DNA from: an uncultured Lentisphaerota bacterium
GTDB taxonomy: Bacteria > Verrucomicrobiota > Lentisphaeria > Victivallales > GWF2-50-93
DNA: 64,000 bases
Direction of reading: 5' to 3'
Assembly (NCBI GenBank): GCA_903872565.1
Contig: CAIQLG010000012.1
Span: 18,337 to 82,336, forward strand
This document shows, in pieces, positions 1 to 9,863 of this stretch (positions within the stretch are counted from its first letter, which is position 1; each line of letters opens with the position of its first letter). The position numbers and the translations under genes were made by a program. The notes below the pieces were generated by a model. That model saw nothing but the letters and a program-made list of their open reading frames with translations. It ran no database searches and had not been told where the DNA came from.

Positions 1-3000
1 GCGCACGCCCCAGGAGCCGAGCTGTGCCTTCAGCACCTCGCGGTTGGTGGCGTTGTCGTCCACCACCAGGATGTGTGTTCCGCGAATCTCTGTCGTAGGT
101 GTGGTGGCTTGTTTCCGCCCGGTCTGTTTTGCGAAACACGCAGTGAAGCAGAACTCCGAACCCGGTCCGCCCTCGTTTATCTTGTGCGGCGAAGGGCTTT
201 CAACGCCAATCTCTCCACCCATCAGTTCGGCGATCTGCTTGGAAATTGCCAGACCCAAGCCGGTACCGCCGTACCTGCGCGTGGTCGAGGAGTCCGCCTG
301 GGTGAACTTTTGGAATAGTTTGTCCTTCTTGTTTGTCGGGATGCCAATGCCGGTATCCCTGACGGAGAAGCGGATAACGGCGTTGGTGTCTGTTTCCTCC
401 ATGAGGTTTGCCCACACTGCGATCTCACCTTTCTGTGTGAACTTGATTGCATTGCCCACAATGTTGACGAGCACCTGGCGCAGGCGGCCGGGATCGCCGC
501 AAAGGTGGGGCGGCACGTCCGGTGCGATGGAGTATATGAATTCTAAATTCTTCTCATGTACTTGCAGTGCAATTGCTTCACAGAAATTATCCAGAATGTC
601 GCGCAGATCAAAGTCCAGCATTTCCATTTCTAGTTTGCCCGCCTCTATCTTCGAAAAGTCCAGGATGTCGTTTATGATTGTCATCAGTGATTCTCCGCTG
701 GAGCGAACTGTTTCGGCATATTTGCGCTGTTCGTCGCTGAGTTCCGTATCCAGCAGCAGCCCCGCCATTCCGATTACTCCATTCATGGGGGTGCGGATCT
801 CATGGCTCATGTTTGCGAGGAATTCGCTTTTGGCGGCATTTGCCTTGACGGCCTGGTCCAGTGCGGCCTCGAGCTGGTGGCTGCTTTCCTGCAGCACTTC
901 CTCCGCCCTCTTGAGTTTGGTTATGTCTCGCCATAGGCAATGAAGCACGTTTTTCCCCTTAATCGCGACTGGGGTGAGGGAGACTTCAACTGGAAAATCT
1001 TCTCCGCTGGCTTTCTGGTGCATCCATTCGAACCTATGGTATCCTTTTTCAAGGGCAATTCTCATCATCTCATTTGCTTTTTCAAAGGAGTTCTGTCCAT
1101 CAGGTTGCACGGTCGGAGAAAGTGCCGAGGGATGAGCCATTAAAACATGATTTTTATCGGGGTATCCGAGCATTTTTACGGTGGCTTCATTGCAATCCAC
1201 AAACGTCTCACCGTCAATCAGTAGAATGGCATCCCGTGAAGAATACAGGACATCCATGAATCGTTTTTCGCTATCCCTCAAGGCCGCTTCGGCCCTCTTG
1301 CGGTTGGTGATATCGGTGTCGGAGCCGCGGTAGCCCCGCAGAGTTCCATCGTTATTCATGAGTGGGATGCCGTTGGTGGAGACCCACATCTGGCGGCCAT
1401 CTTTGGCTTGTATTGTGTTTTCCAGATTTTGGAAGAGTTCCTTCCGCTCGAAGATTGCGAAGACATTTTTCTTGAACTCCTCGCGTCCGGATTCCGGATG
1501 CAGGTCGTAGAAATGCATTCGTCCCACCAGTTCGTCGGGGTGGTAGCCGATTACGGCACTGGCCACATTGCTGACATATGAATAGAGACCCTGAGCATCC
1601 ACTTCCCATGCGATGATTCGGCCATGCTGAGTCAATCGGTCTAATCGTGCTTCGCCCTCGCGCAATTCCATGACGGATGTTTCGAGTTGTCGTTCCACGG
1701 TGCCGGTAACAGACCAGAGCAGGATCAGGATACCTCCGAATAGGAGTGCCGTCAGGCTCAATCCAAGAAAAAGGGAGTCCTGTGTTTCTCCCAATTCGGT
1801 GCTTACATCATACAGTAAGATGAGTCCCGCCGTGTTACGGCCTGTGGCATCTGAAATAGGGATCATGCCACAGGCAAACCATTTTTCACCCAGGCTGGCA
1901 TCGAACATTTCGCTTAGCGTAGTCTGCTTGTTTCCATGCTCAAGCCAGCGTGTCAGCGCTTCTGGCAGGGCTGGAATCGTCTGGTGCGCCACCACGAAAT
2001 CTGGGTAGGCATTCCATTGCCCGGAAAAGCCAAACACCTGGCGGCCCGATTCGAATTTTTCTTTCGTAGTGTATTCTTTCCGGATGACTGTCAGTACGTC
2101 GAGGTTCATATCCTTGGCCAGTTGCGAACCCAGGTTATCCACTTCAATACCCAGTTCCAGGTAGCCAATCACATTGCCGTTCTGTTTCCACGGCCTTACA
2201 TAACGCAGAGTCAAAGATCCCATGGGGCCCAGTTCGACTCCCCAGGCATCCTCTCCGGTTTTTTCCGCCACGAGGAGTGTGTAGCGATCAATGATGTCGC
2301 CACGTCGGTCTGGCTGATGCACCCGGAGGAAGCAGTTATGGTCGGGTGCTATGAAGTAATAATGCGTGATCCCGAACTCCCGTTTCAAATGCTCAAAAAC
2401 AGGTTGGGTCTGCGATTTCAGCGCTGGGAGATCCCTCTGCTGCCAGGCCTTCAGCAGTGCAGGATCGCAGGCGATGTGATTCATCTGTGCCCTCAGGAGC
2501 GTGACATAGGCTCCGATGGCTTGATTATATTCGGTACGTGCCTGTTCCATGATGCGAAACATATTCTGGTGGGATTCTTCATCCAACTCCCTAAGCTCGA
2601 AGATACCATACAGCAGCAATCCGCCCAGCATTGCCAAGGCGGTGGGTGCAATAATCCATTTTCTGAATCTCAAAGTGTCTTGTCTCTTTCTCCGATTGCG
2701 CCAGCGTATGGCGATGATGCCGCATGCGAACAGCAGCATTATGGCGAGGGTGATGAGGAGCGGTTCCCGAACGGTGGCGTTGAGTTTTGACTGCCAGTCG
2801 CCGGCAATTATATCCACACCCAGGACCGCCAGCAGTTCGCCTGTCTGAGGATCGAGGACGGGGACAAAGGCTGAAACATAAGTTCCCCATTCGTCAACGT
2901 ATGGGCCGACTGTCGCCGGACATTTCTGTCTGATGGATTGCCATAGTTCCGGTGGGGGTTCCTTGTAATCGCCTCCGGGCGTTGTGTACTTAGGATCATT

Positions 3001-3354
3001 TGCATCCATATTGTCCGGCCCCCAGACAATCCGGTTCCCGCGTACTGCCATTAGATAAATCCATTTGGCATCTGGTTTCGCCTTGGCCGCATTAAGCATC
3101 TGTTTTCGGATGCACTCAAATGCCGGAGTTCCCGCATCTGCCGCAGTGAAGGTGAGTTTTCTTGCCAAGTCCGGGTTGAGTGTATTGGCAATCGCGACGG
3201 CTTGGCGGAGCAGGTGTTCCCTCATCTTGGTGTCCAGTCTTGCCGCCTTCCGATTTCCTTCCCACCATCCAAGGGCAAGCAGCAGCGTCAGCACTGACAG
3301 CACTGCCATGGTGCGTAGAACTGCGGTTCGGTTGATTTTCGGTTTATTGCTCAT
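1..3354 (-). CDS. Hybrid sensor histidine kinase, 3' end runs off the left edge (TM, Cache-like sensor regions, 2x PAS, HisKA, HATPase_c, start of receiver)
   Basis: Absent from the ORF track because no stop lies in the window. My reverse-complement translation is open from ATG 3354 (MSNKPKINRTAVLRTMAVLSVLTLLL...) down to base 1, in frame. It shows H-box [17 protein letters not shown]-lid [13 protein letters not shown] and, at the edge, [15 protein letters not shown]. The + ORF 44..943 is its antisense shadow. Confidence 0.85.
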   Translation of the reverse strand, partial: MSNKPKINRTAVLRTMAVLSVLTLLLALGWWEGNRKAARLDTKMREHLLRQAVAIANTLNPDLARKLTFTAADAGTPAFECIRKQMLNAAKAKPDAKWIYLMAVRGNRIVWGPDNMDANDPKYTTPGGDYKEPPPELWQSIRQKCPATVGPYVDEWGTYVSAFVPVLDPQTGELLAVLGVDIIAGDWQSKLNATVREPLLITLAIMLLFACGIIAIRWRNRRKRQDTLRFRKWIIAPTALAMLGGLLLYGIFELRELDEESHQNMFRIMEQARTEYNQAIGAYVTLLRAQMNHIACDPALLKAWQQRDLPALKSQTQPVFEHLKREFGITHYYFIAPDHNCFLRVHQPDRRGDIIDRYTLLVAEKTGEDAWGVELGPMGSLTLRYVRPWKQNGNVIGYLELGIEVDNLGSQLAKDMNLDVLTVIRKEYTTKEKFESGRQVFGFSGQWNAYPDFVVAHQTIPALPEALTRWLEHGNKQTTLSEMFDASLGEKWFACGMIPISDATGRNTAGLILLYDVSTELGETQDSLFLGLSLTALLFGGILILLWSVTGTVERQLETSVMELREGEARLDRLTQHGRIIAWEVDAQGLYSYVSNVASAVIGYHPDELVGRMHFYDLHPESGREEFKKNVFAIFERKELFQNLENTIQAKDGRQMWVSTNGIPLMNNDGTLRGYRGSDTDITNRKRAEAALRDSEKRFMDVLYSSRDAILLIDGETFVDCNEATVKMLGYPDKNHVLMAHPSALSPTVQPDGQNSFEKANEMMRIALEKGYHRFEWMHQKASGEDFPVEVSLTPVAIKGKNVLHCLWRDITKLKRAEEVLQESSHQLEAALDQAVKANAAKSEFLANMSHEIRTPMNGVIGMAGLLLDTELSDEQRKYAETVRSSGESLMTIINDILDFSKIEAGKLEMEMLDFDLRDILDNFCEAIALQVHEKNLEFIYSIAPDVPPHLCGDPGRLRQVLVNIVGNAIKFTQKGEIAVWANLMEETDTNAVIRFSVRDTGIGIPTNKKDKLFQKFTQADSSTTRRYGGTGLGLAISKQIAELMGGEIGVESPSPHKINEGGPGSEFCFTACFAKQTGRKQATTPTTEIRGTHILVVDDNATNREVLKAQLGSWGVR

Positions 3355-3443
3355 CAATTGTTGTTGCCTTATTTAATTCGAGGGACGCGAGGGACGCGAC
3401 CGGTAATCGGTGGTCTGTAATTACCTTTATTTTCTCTTCAATA

Positions 3444-3583
3444 ACTCCCATAGTTCTTATGATTCCCGTAATTCCCATTTCCCTCCCGCTGTTGGCGGGT
3501 ACCCCCCCGCCCTCCGTTGTATTTTTAAGGAGCGCGGGTTTTCCAACCCGCGATTTTCTCCCTGTTGGCGGGTACCCCCCGCC
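3444..3583. repeat. Composite intergenic repeat: C3/G3 9-nt periodic array, two copies of a ~26-nt unit and a GC hairpin
   Basis: The unit CTCCC(G)CTGTTGGCGGGTACCCCC(C)GCC occurs at 3483..3511 and 3558..3583, each with a GGCGGG/CCCGCC stem. Hairpin CGCGGGTT-ttcc-AACCCGCG at 3533..3552. The minus strand of 3465..3487 reads GGGAGGGAAATGGGAATTACGGG. Confidence 0.7.
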
Positions 3584-3647
3584 GTTGCTTTCGCAATTCC
3601 TCCTTGAATAACATATCCCTTTACGAGGGGAAAACAAACAGGATATC

Positions 3648-6554
3648 TTATGTGTTTAGCCCGAGCATTACAGATTTGACAGTTTTTTTCATTTCTTCAA
3701 TATCATAGGGTTTCTGAATGAAAATGAATCCTCTCTTGTGGATTGCCGCGATCCTTGATTTCTCGTCGGAATATCCGCTTGCGAGAATGACCTTTATCTC
3801 AGGATTTATCTTTTTGAATTCCTCGACAAGGTCCAGCCCATTGCAATCGGTGAGTACGACATCGCTTATCACAAGAGAAAATCTGCCCTTTTCCCTACTG
3901 AAAACTTCCCTGGCGACTTTGCCTGAATCCGCGCACACAATATTCCACCCGTCAGTTTCAAAGATTTCTTTCGCGAGATTTCTCAGTCCTGGTTCATCCT
4001 CTATGAAAAGTATTTTCACATTTTCACGAATGGTTGCAGTTGCAGTTTGTTCCGATATTACGTGAATGTCCTCATCAGCGTAATGGAATGGGAAATAGAT
4101 TTTGAAGGCTGTCCCCTTTCCCGGCGTGCTCTCAACGTCAACCCATCCTTTGTGGTGTTTGACGATTCCATAGACTACCGAGAGCCCGAGTCCCGTGCCC
4201 CTGCCCAAGCCTTTCGTGGTGAAGAACGGCTCGAAGATCCGATTTATCGTTTCCTTGTCCATCCCTGTTCCGTTGTCACAGACGGACAGTCGGACATATC
4301 TGCCCGGAACTGCGGAGATGTTGTCCGAGCATCCTTCCTCATCCACGGTGATATTTTCGGTCATTATAATCAGCGTTCCTCCATCCGGCATGGCATCATT
4401 GGCGTTCACAGCCAGGTTCATGATGATTTGCTCGATATTGGAGGGGTCACCGTTGATCGTCCAGACATCCGGGGTGGCCTTGATTTCGATTTTTATGTTC
4501 TCCGCGATGAGTCGCCTGAGAATTCTCTGCATGTTTAGGACGATGGAATTTATTTCGATAGTTTTAAATGCGACGGGCTGATTCCTGCTGAACATTAGGA
4601 TCTGCTTGGTGAGGCTTGCGGATGTGTCCGAGGCTTTTTTTATTTCGCCGAAATATTTTTTAAAAGGGCTTGAGGCGTCCGTTTTTTTAAGGCCGACCTG
4701 GGCGTATCCGCTTATGACGGTCAGAAGATTATTGAAGTCGTGGGCAATGCCGCCCGCGAGTTGTCCAATCGCCTCCATTTTCTGGGAATGTCTCAGCATT
4801 TCCTCCTTCCTGAGGCTTTCAGTTATATCCAGATCGGATCCCCTGTATCCGAGCAGATTTCCGTCACCGTCCAGGAACGGCACTCCATTTCTAGAAATCA
4901 ATTTTGTTTCACCGCTTTGGGAATTCACGGGCGTCACGAAATTTTTAAAGGCATCTTTGTTCATGAACACGTCGAGCTCTGCCCTTTTCATTTTTTCACT
5001 TTCATCTTCCGGATGGAAGTCGTAGAGGTGCATTTTTCCGACTATCTCCTCCGGTTTGTATCCGAGTATGAATTCAGCACCTTTGCTCACATAAGTGTAA
5101 AGTCCTCCGGCATCCACCTCCCATATCATTTCCCTTGTCTGTTCGGCAATCTGCTTGAATCTTTCCTTGCTCTGGTTCAGTGCCTTTTCAGAGCTGGAGA
5201 TTATGAGATTGGAAATCAACATTCTGTAGCTATACAGGAAAACCGACACGGTGACGGTCATGAAAAGGATTGTCAGGATAATCGGGATCAGCCTGTTCCG
5301 ATATATTGTGCTGTTCCATCTGGCGGCGCTCATGTCCATTCCGAGAATGGCTACAGTCTCGCCGGTTCTCGACATTTTGACGGGGGCGAAACAGCTTAGC
5401 CAAGTTCCCCACCTGTCCGTATATGGTCCGACAATTTTATATTCCCCGTCGCTGAACAAATCATTAACGCATCTCGGGGCATCGTTCCAGATCCGCCCCG
5501 GCGGAGAGCAGTCTTTTGAACCATGCGGTTCTGAATCCACCAGGAAGCTTACTCTGGAGTCATCTCCGACTTTCATCAGATATATGAATCTGTATTCGGA
5601 ACTGATTTCCTTTATTTTGGCGAGCTGTCTCTTAAGGCTCAAGTATGCCTCCGAACACAGATCCGTAGAATTTCCTTTCAGGGCGGGAATTCTTTCCATA
5701 TTTACGGCTTCAGCGACAACCCTGGCATTGGAAATGATGTCAAGTCTGAGTTCTTCATCGGTTCTCCTTCCCGAGATGTCTGTGGCAATTAGGCCTGCCA
5801 GCAGGATGCAAAAAATGATCGGCACATAAATTTTTTTAAACGGTATTCTACGGACCGTGGGCAGTAAATTGGGGGCGGGGATAGAAAAGGAGAAATAGTA
5901 CCATGTGAGACCGGCGGTCAAGGTCATCGCGCATATTCCGCTGGCGCCCTGGAGAGGCAGTCCGAAAAGTTCTCTGAACAATTCGCTGTTTATTGAACTT
6001 GCGGGGAAAAAGTTTGCCCTGGGGACAAAGACACCCATGAGGATTCCGTAGAGGAACATGGCGATGGAACTTAGAATCATGGGATATCGTTTCACATCGT
6101 TTTTTTCTCCTCTTTCCATATAGAATGCATACGATGCCGAAAAAGATCCTGTGATTAGAAAGACATATAGGCTTGCGGATTCATATCCCTTCGTACCGTC
6201 AATCCATCCGAGAGCGGAGAGGAGAAGCGGAAGAATGTATATCCATGCGCCGATACTTGTTATTTTCAGAACCGAAAGGGAACGCCTTCCGAATTCAAAG
6301 ATCGCCAACATTGAAACCGTATTGAAGAAGAACCGTACAATCTCGACATATTCCGGGAACAATGTGAATGGTTTGATGCAGATCGCCAATTCGGAGATTC
6401 CTGTTGAAAAGGTGAAAATTCCGAAGCAGAGGAACGGAAGTCTTTCAGCCTTGTTCTCGTGGAGGAAAAAACATATTATCGATAGAAAGATGAAGGAAAA
6501 TCCATACACGGCAAGCAGATAGTCCATTTGAAATTCGAATGTTACTTCCGGCAT
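3648..6554 (-). CDS. Hybrid sensor histidine kinase (multi-TM N-terminus, sensor region, PAS, HisKA, HATPase_c, C-terminal receiver)
   Basis: 968-aa ORF. Hydrophobic N-terminal ~250 aa. H-box GGIAHDFNNLLTVISGY, G-box GTGLGLSVVYGIV. Receiver ILFIEDEPGLRNL...ISDVVLTDCNG...ILASGY. Confidence 0.9.
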   Translation of the reverse strand: MPEVTFEFQMDYLLAVYGFSFIFLSIICFFLHENKAERLPFLCFGIFTFSTGISELAICIKPFTLFPEYVEIVRFFFNTVSMLAIFEFGRRSLSVLKITSIGAWIYILPLLLSALGWIDGTKGYESASLYVFLITGSFSASYAFYMERGEKNDVKRYPMILSSIAMFLYGILMGVFVPRANFFPASSINSELFRELFGLPLQGASGICAMTLTAGLTWYYFSFSIPAPNLLPTVRRIPFKKIYVPIIFCILLAGLIATDISGRRTDEELRLDIISNARVVAEAVNMERIPALKGNSTDLCSEAYLSLKRQLAKIKEISSEYRFIYLMKVGDDSRVSFLVDSEPHGSKDCSPPGRIWNDAPRCVNDLFSDGEYKIVGPYTDRWGTWLSCFAPVKMSRTGETVAILGMDMSAARWNSTIYRNRLIPIILTILFMTVTVSVFLYSYRMLISNLIISSSEKALNQSKERFKQIAEQTREMIWEVDAGGLYTYVSKGAEFILGYKPEEIVGKMHLYDFHPEDESEKMKRAELDVFMNKDAFKNFVTPVNSQSGETKLISRNGVPFLDGDGNLLGYRGSDLDITESLRKEEMLRHSQKMEAIGQLAGGIAHDFNNLLTVISGYAQVGLKKTDASSPFKKYFGEIKKASDTSASLTKQILMFSRNQPVAFKTIEINSIVLNMQRILRRLIAENIKIEIKATPDVWTINGDPSNIEQIIMNLAVNANDAMPDGGTLIIMTENITVDEEGCSDNISAVPGRYVRLSVCDNGTGMDKETINRIFEPFFTTKGLGRGTGLGLSVVYGIVKHHKGWVDVESTPGKGTAFKIYFPFHYADEDIHVISEQTATATIRENVKILFIEDEPGLRNLAKEIFETDGWNIVCADSGKVAREVFSREKGRFSLVISDVVLTDCNGLDLVEEFKKINPEIKVILASGYSDEKSRIAAIHKRGFIFIQKPYDIEEMKKTVKSVMLGLNT

Positions 6555-6565
6555 TTTATTCTCCC

Positions 6566-7885
6566 TTATTTCCAGTCATTTTCTCTGAAGAGAATGCTTC
6601 TGAATATTTTTTTTGTCAGCGAATGTCCCGATTTGAAGTCCTCGGGATTTGCCATGTAATGTGTTATGACCTTCGTCAGATCCAACATGGAGGCGAGGCG
6701 GTTGCCCGGGGTCTTGTCAAGCATTCTCGCCATTAGATCCTGTAGCCATTCCGGGATTTCCGGATTGATGCTTCTTGGTGCTGGAGGTTTTGCAGTTTTT
6801 ATTTTTTCCATGACCGCGTGAGCAGTTTTTCCCAAGAATGGCCTTTCTCCGGTAAATAGCTCATAGAGGAGGACTCCGAACGAGAAGATGTCTGACTTGG
6901 TGTCGCCTTGTGTTTCACCTCTAAGTATTTCCGGCGCCATGTAGGATGGCGATCCCCTGAGGGTGTCTGTCAAAGTGAGTGACGGGTCGAGAATTTTCGC
7001 TATGCCGAAATCTGTGATTTTCACGCGGATGTCTTCGGTCAGAAGGACATTTTCAGGCTTCAGGTCGCGGTGGAGTATCTTTTTTGAATGGATGTAGTCA
7101 AGTCCCGAAGCAATCTGAAGAGTCACTGAAAGTTTGTCCTCGTCTGTAAGATTTGCATTCTTTATGTAACTGGAGAGTGGTGCTCCGTGGACATATTCCA
7201 TGACGATATACGGCAGATCGTCGCCTTCAAAACCCCCCACGTCAAAAAGTTTGACCACATACGCATTGTCGAGAGACTTGAGGATCTCGGCTTCCCTGTT
7301 GAATCTTTTTTTTGCCAGCCTGTCAATTTCGGATCCTGAGTTGTTCAGAATCTTCATTGCGAAATAAGAGTCGTTTTTTTCAACGAGGAACACAGTTCCC
7401 GCGCCACCTGAGCCGATGGACTTGATCACGGAATATCCGTTTCTGATTTTTCCGACATTGCTGCCTTTCGTCTTTATCCGGCTCCCGTTTTTACGATCAA
7501 GGATAAGTCGGTTAATTTTTTTTTGCAGGTCATCGAGATTGAGTGGCTTGGGAAGATAGTCATAAGCTCCCTCCTTAATGGCTGTTACAGCCGCTTTGAA
7601 ATCAGGAACTCCTGTGACGAGGATGAAATCCGTCTTATTGTCCTTGCTTCTTACAGCTCTTAGAAGTTCGAGTCCAGACATATCCGGCATATTTATGTCG
7701 GAGATTACAAGATCGAAGTGCTTTGAGCTGAGTTTTTTCAGCGCCTCAGATGCCGATATGGCGGTATCAACCGCAAATCCGCTGTCGGCAAGGAAGAGTT
7801 CGAGCACCTGGAGGATTTCGTTCTGGTCATCCACAACAAGGATGGAAAGAAGAGGCAGGACTATTTTTTTTTTTTGCAGTCGCAT
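6566..7885 (-). CDS. Response-regulator receiver fused to Hanks-type Ser/Thr protein kinase (REC-STK 1)
   Basis: Receiver ILVVDDQNEIL...LVISDINMPDMSG...LPKPL. Kinase motifs GSGGAGTVF, AMK, HRDLKPENVLL, DFGIAK, SPSYMAPE. The start overlaps the stop of the upstream kinase across an A12 tract. Confidence 0.9.
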   Translation of the reverse strand: MRLQKKKIVLPLLSILVVDDQNEILQVLELFLADSGFAVDTAISASEALKKLSSKHFDLVISDINMPDMSGLELLRAVRSKDNKTDFILVTGVPDFKAAVTAIKEGAYDYLPKPLNLDDLQKKINRLILDRKNGSRIKTKGSNVGKIRNGYSVIKSIGSGGAGTVFLVEKNDSYFAMKILNNSGSEIDRLAKKRFNREAEILKSLDNAYVVKLFDVGGFEGDDLPYIVMEYVHGAPLSSYIKNANLTDEDKLSVTLQIASGLDYIHSKKILHRDLKPENVLLTEDIRVKITDFGIAKILDPSLTLTDTLRGSPSYMAPEILRGETQGDTKSDIFSFGVLLYELFTGERPFLGKTAHAVMEKIKTAKPPAPRSINPEIPEWLQDLMARMLDKTPGNRLASMLDLTKVITHYMANPEDFKSGHSLTKKIFRSILFRENDWK

Positions 7886-9486
7886 AGCACTTTGCGGAGC
7901 GTTGCGGACAATCCTTCTTCAGTGAAGGGTTTTTCAATGAAATTGATGCCCTTGTCGAGAATTCCACTGTTGGCCATCACATGGGATGTGTAGCCTGACA
8001 TGAATAGGCATTTGATTTTTGGGCGCATTGCGGTGATTCTCTTTCCGAGATCCTGTCCGTTCATTCCCGGAAGCACCACATCTGTCATCAGAAGATGAAT
8101 GTCTCCCTCGTCCTCCTTCGCCAGTTTGATTGCTTTGGCCGGGCTGTCCGCAGCCAGCACTGCATAGCCCATATGTTCAAGCTGCATTTTTGTAAGACAC
8201 AGCAAGGATGCCTCATCCTCTACCAGAAGGATAGTTTCATTTCCTCTGAGTATTTCGGAACTTCCAGGTGTCTCATCGGTTTCCTTATTTTCCGATTTGT
8301 ACCGCGGAAGATATATCTTGAATGTTGACCCCAGCCCAATTTCACTGTAAACATTGATGCATCCGTTGTTCTGCTTTACGATGCCGAAGACAGTGGAAAG
8401 ACCAAGGCCGGTTCCATTTTCGGTTTTTTTGGTGGTGAAAAACGGATCAAACAGGTGGGATATGGTCTCCTTGTCCATCCCGCATCCATTGTCTCCGACC
8501 GAGAGCACGACATATTCTCCTGGGACAAACTCGATGTGCGCCTTGCAATAGGCCGGGTCCAACTTGGAGTTGTAAGTCTCAATTGTCACCTTGCCGCCGT
8601 CGGCGACTGCATCACGGGCGTTGATGAGAAGGTTGGTAAGAATCTGATCAAGATGGGAGGAGTCCATCTTTACTGTCCAAAGTTTGGCGGCGGGTTTCCA
8701 TTGCAGTTCAATATTTTCACCAAGAAGCCTGTGCAGCATATTCAGCATGCTTTCAATGCTGTCGGCAATGTTCAGCTCTTTCATCGAGATGGGCTGTTTG
8801 CGGGCGAATGCGAGAAGCTGGTGGGTGAGGTCTGCGGAGCGTTGCCCTGCCTTTCTGATTTCCATCACACTGTCATACATCGGATTTGAAGAGGCAATCT
8901 CCTTTAGCAGCATCTGCGAATGTCCGTTGATGACAGCGAGCATATTGTTGAAATCGTGCGCGATACCGCCTGCCAGCTGACCTACAGCTTCCATCTTCTG
9001 AGCCTGACGAAGCTGAGATTCCAGATTTTCACGCTCCGCATTAAATGTCCGCTCCCATTCCTCCTTCGCTTTGAGCAGGCGCTCCATGGCCATATGGCGT
9101 CCCAGGGCGTAACACAGGACGCGCGCCAACAACAGCCCCGACACCTGGTCGCTCATGTGGCCTTTCATAATGTAGTCCTGCGCGCCTTCCTGTATTGCCG
9201 CCAGCCCCATTCTCTCATCGTCATTTCCGGTCAGCACGACAATTGGGATATCGGTGTCGGCTCTCCTCATTGCTCTCAAGGTTTCCAGCCCACTGCTGTC
9301 CGGCAGTTCCAAATTCAGAAGGATAATGTAGAATGGACCTTGCCTGGCGAGTTCAATGGCATCCGAAAGCCGCTGCACACATTTGATTTCAAACCTCGAC
9401 TCGCCGTCTGTTGCCAGCAACTCCCGTATCAAGCGGACATCGGCCGGGTTGTTTTCAACCAGCAGGACGTGTAACCTCTCAGTCAT
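7861..9486 (-). CDS. Hybrid histidine kinase with N- and C-terminal receiver domains (REC-HisKA-HATPase-REC)
   Basis: VLLVENNPADVRL...LLNLELPDSSG; H-box GGIAHDFNNMLAVINGH; GTGLGLSTVFGIV; second receiver ILLVEDEASL...LMTDVVLPGMNG. SD AAGGAG lies upstream of ATG 9486. Confidence 0.9.
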   Translation of the reverse strand: MTERLHVLLVENNPADVRLIRELLATDGESRFEIKCVQRLSDAIELARQGPFYIILLNLELPDSSGLETLRAMRRADTDIPIVVLTGNDDERMGLAAIQEGAQDYIMKGHMSDQVSGLLLARVLCYALGRHMAMERLLKAKEEWERTFNAERENLESQLRQAQKMEAVGQLAGGIAHDFNNMLAVINGHSQMLLKEIASSNPMYDSVMEIRKAGQRSADLTHQLLAFARKQPISMKELNIADSIESMLNMLHRLLGENIELQWKPAAKLWTVKMDSSHLDQILTNLLINARDAVADGGKVTIETYNSKLDPAYCKAHIEFVPGEYVVLSVGDNGCGMDKETISHLFDPFFTTKKTENGTGLGLSTVFGIVKQNNGCINVYSEIGLGSTFKIYLPRYKSENKETDETPGSSEILRGNETILLVEDEASLLCLTKMQLEHMGYAVLAADSPAKAIKLAKEDEGDIHLLMTDVVLPGMNGQDLGKRITAMRPKIKCLFMSGYTSHVMANSGILDKGINFIEKPFTEEGLSATLRKVLCDCKKKK

Positions 9487-9564
9487 CTATTTTGCTCCTT
9501 AAACTTAACCGGCTCCACCGGAGCTCAATATTTTTTGACGGGATTTACTGGATTATCAGGATAT

Positions 9565-9828
9565 TTAAAATATCAATATTCCAATCCTGTCCCAATTACA
9601 ATTACGGTCGGGGCTGCGAGGCTCGCACCTTTTTTTCAAGAGCTTTTCCATTCTCGCCCATTCAATTGCCATCCACTTGTGTTCACACTTATATTCTTTC
9701 ATCATAGTCTGAGTTTTTTCCGACAGTGCCGACACGTCATTACGGATATCACAGATTGATTTTGTCCGGGCATCATGCGCCGTCTTGATGTTTTCCGCGA
9801 TTTTGCATATTCTGCTAATTGTTTTCAT
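9565..9828 (-). CDS. Small helical hypothetical protein, possibly a short relative of the two coiled-coil proteins upstream
   Basis: The ORF-track entry 9565..9858 starts at TTG. An internal ATG at 9828 is preceded by AAGGA. The product is charged and helical (MKTISRICKIAENIKTAHDARTK...). No recognisable family. Confidence 0.35.
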   Translation of the reverse strand: MKTISRICKIAENIKTAHDARTKSICDIRNDVSALSEKTQTMMKEYKCEHKWMAIEWARMEKLLKKRCEPRSPDRNCNWDRIGILIF

Positions 9829-9863
9829 AATTTTCCTTGTCCATTTTTTTAACCCCAATATTA

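Noticed and set aside
44-943. 299-aa + strand ORF (and neighbours 73..318, 1936..2790, 3065..3376) at the left edge
   Set aside because: Ser/Leu/Arg-rich, low-complexity product with no motifs. It is the antisense shadow of the minus-strand kinase. The equivalent shadow (47926..48621, minus) appears opposite the paralogous + strand kinase, which explains their mutual similarity.
3590-3625. GGAATTGCGAAAGCA on the minus strand upstream of the left-edge kinase as a sigma54 promoter
   Set aside because: The -24 element is AGGAAT rather than TGGCAY, and it does not resemble the four-member family. Likely a chance match.
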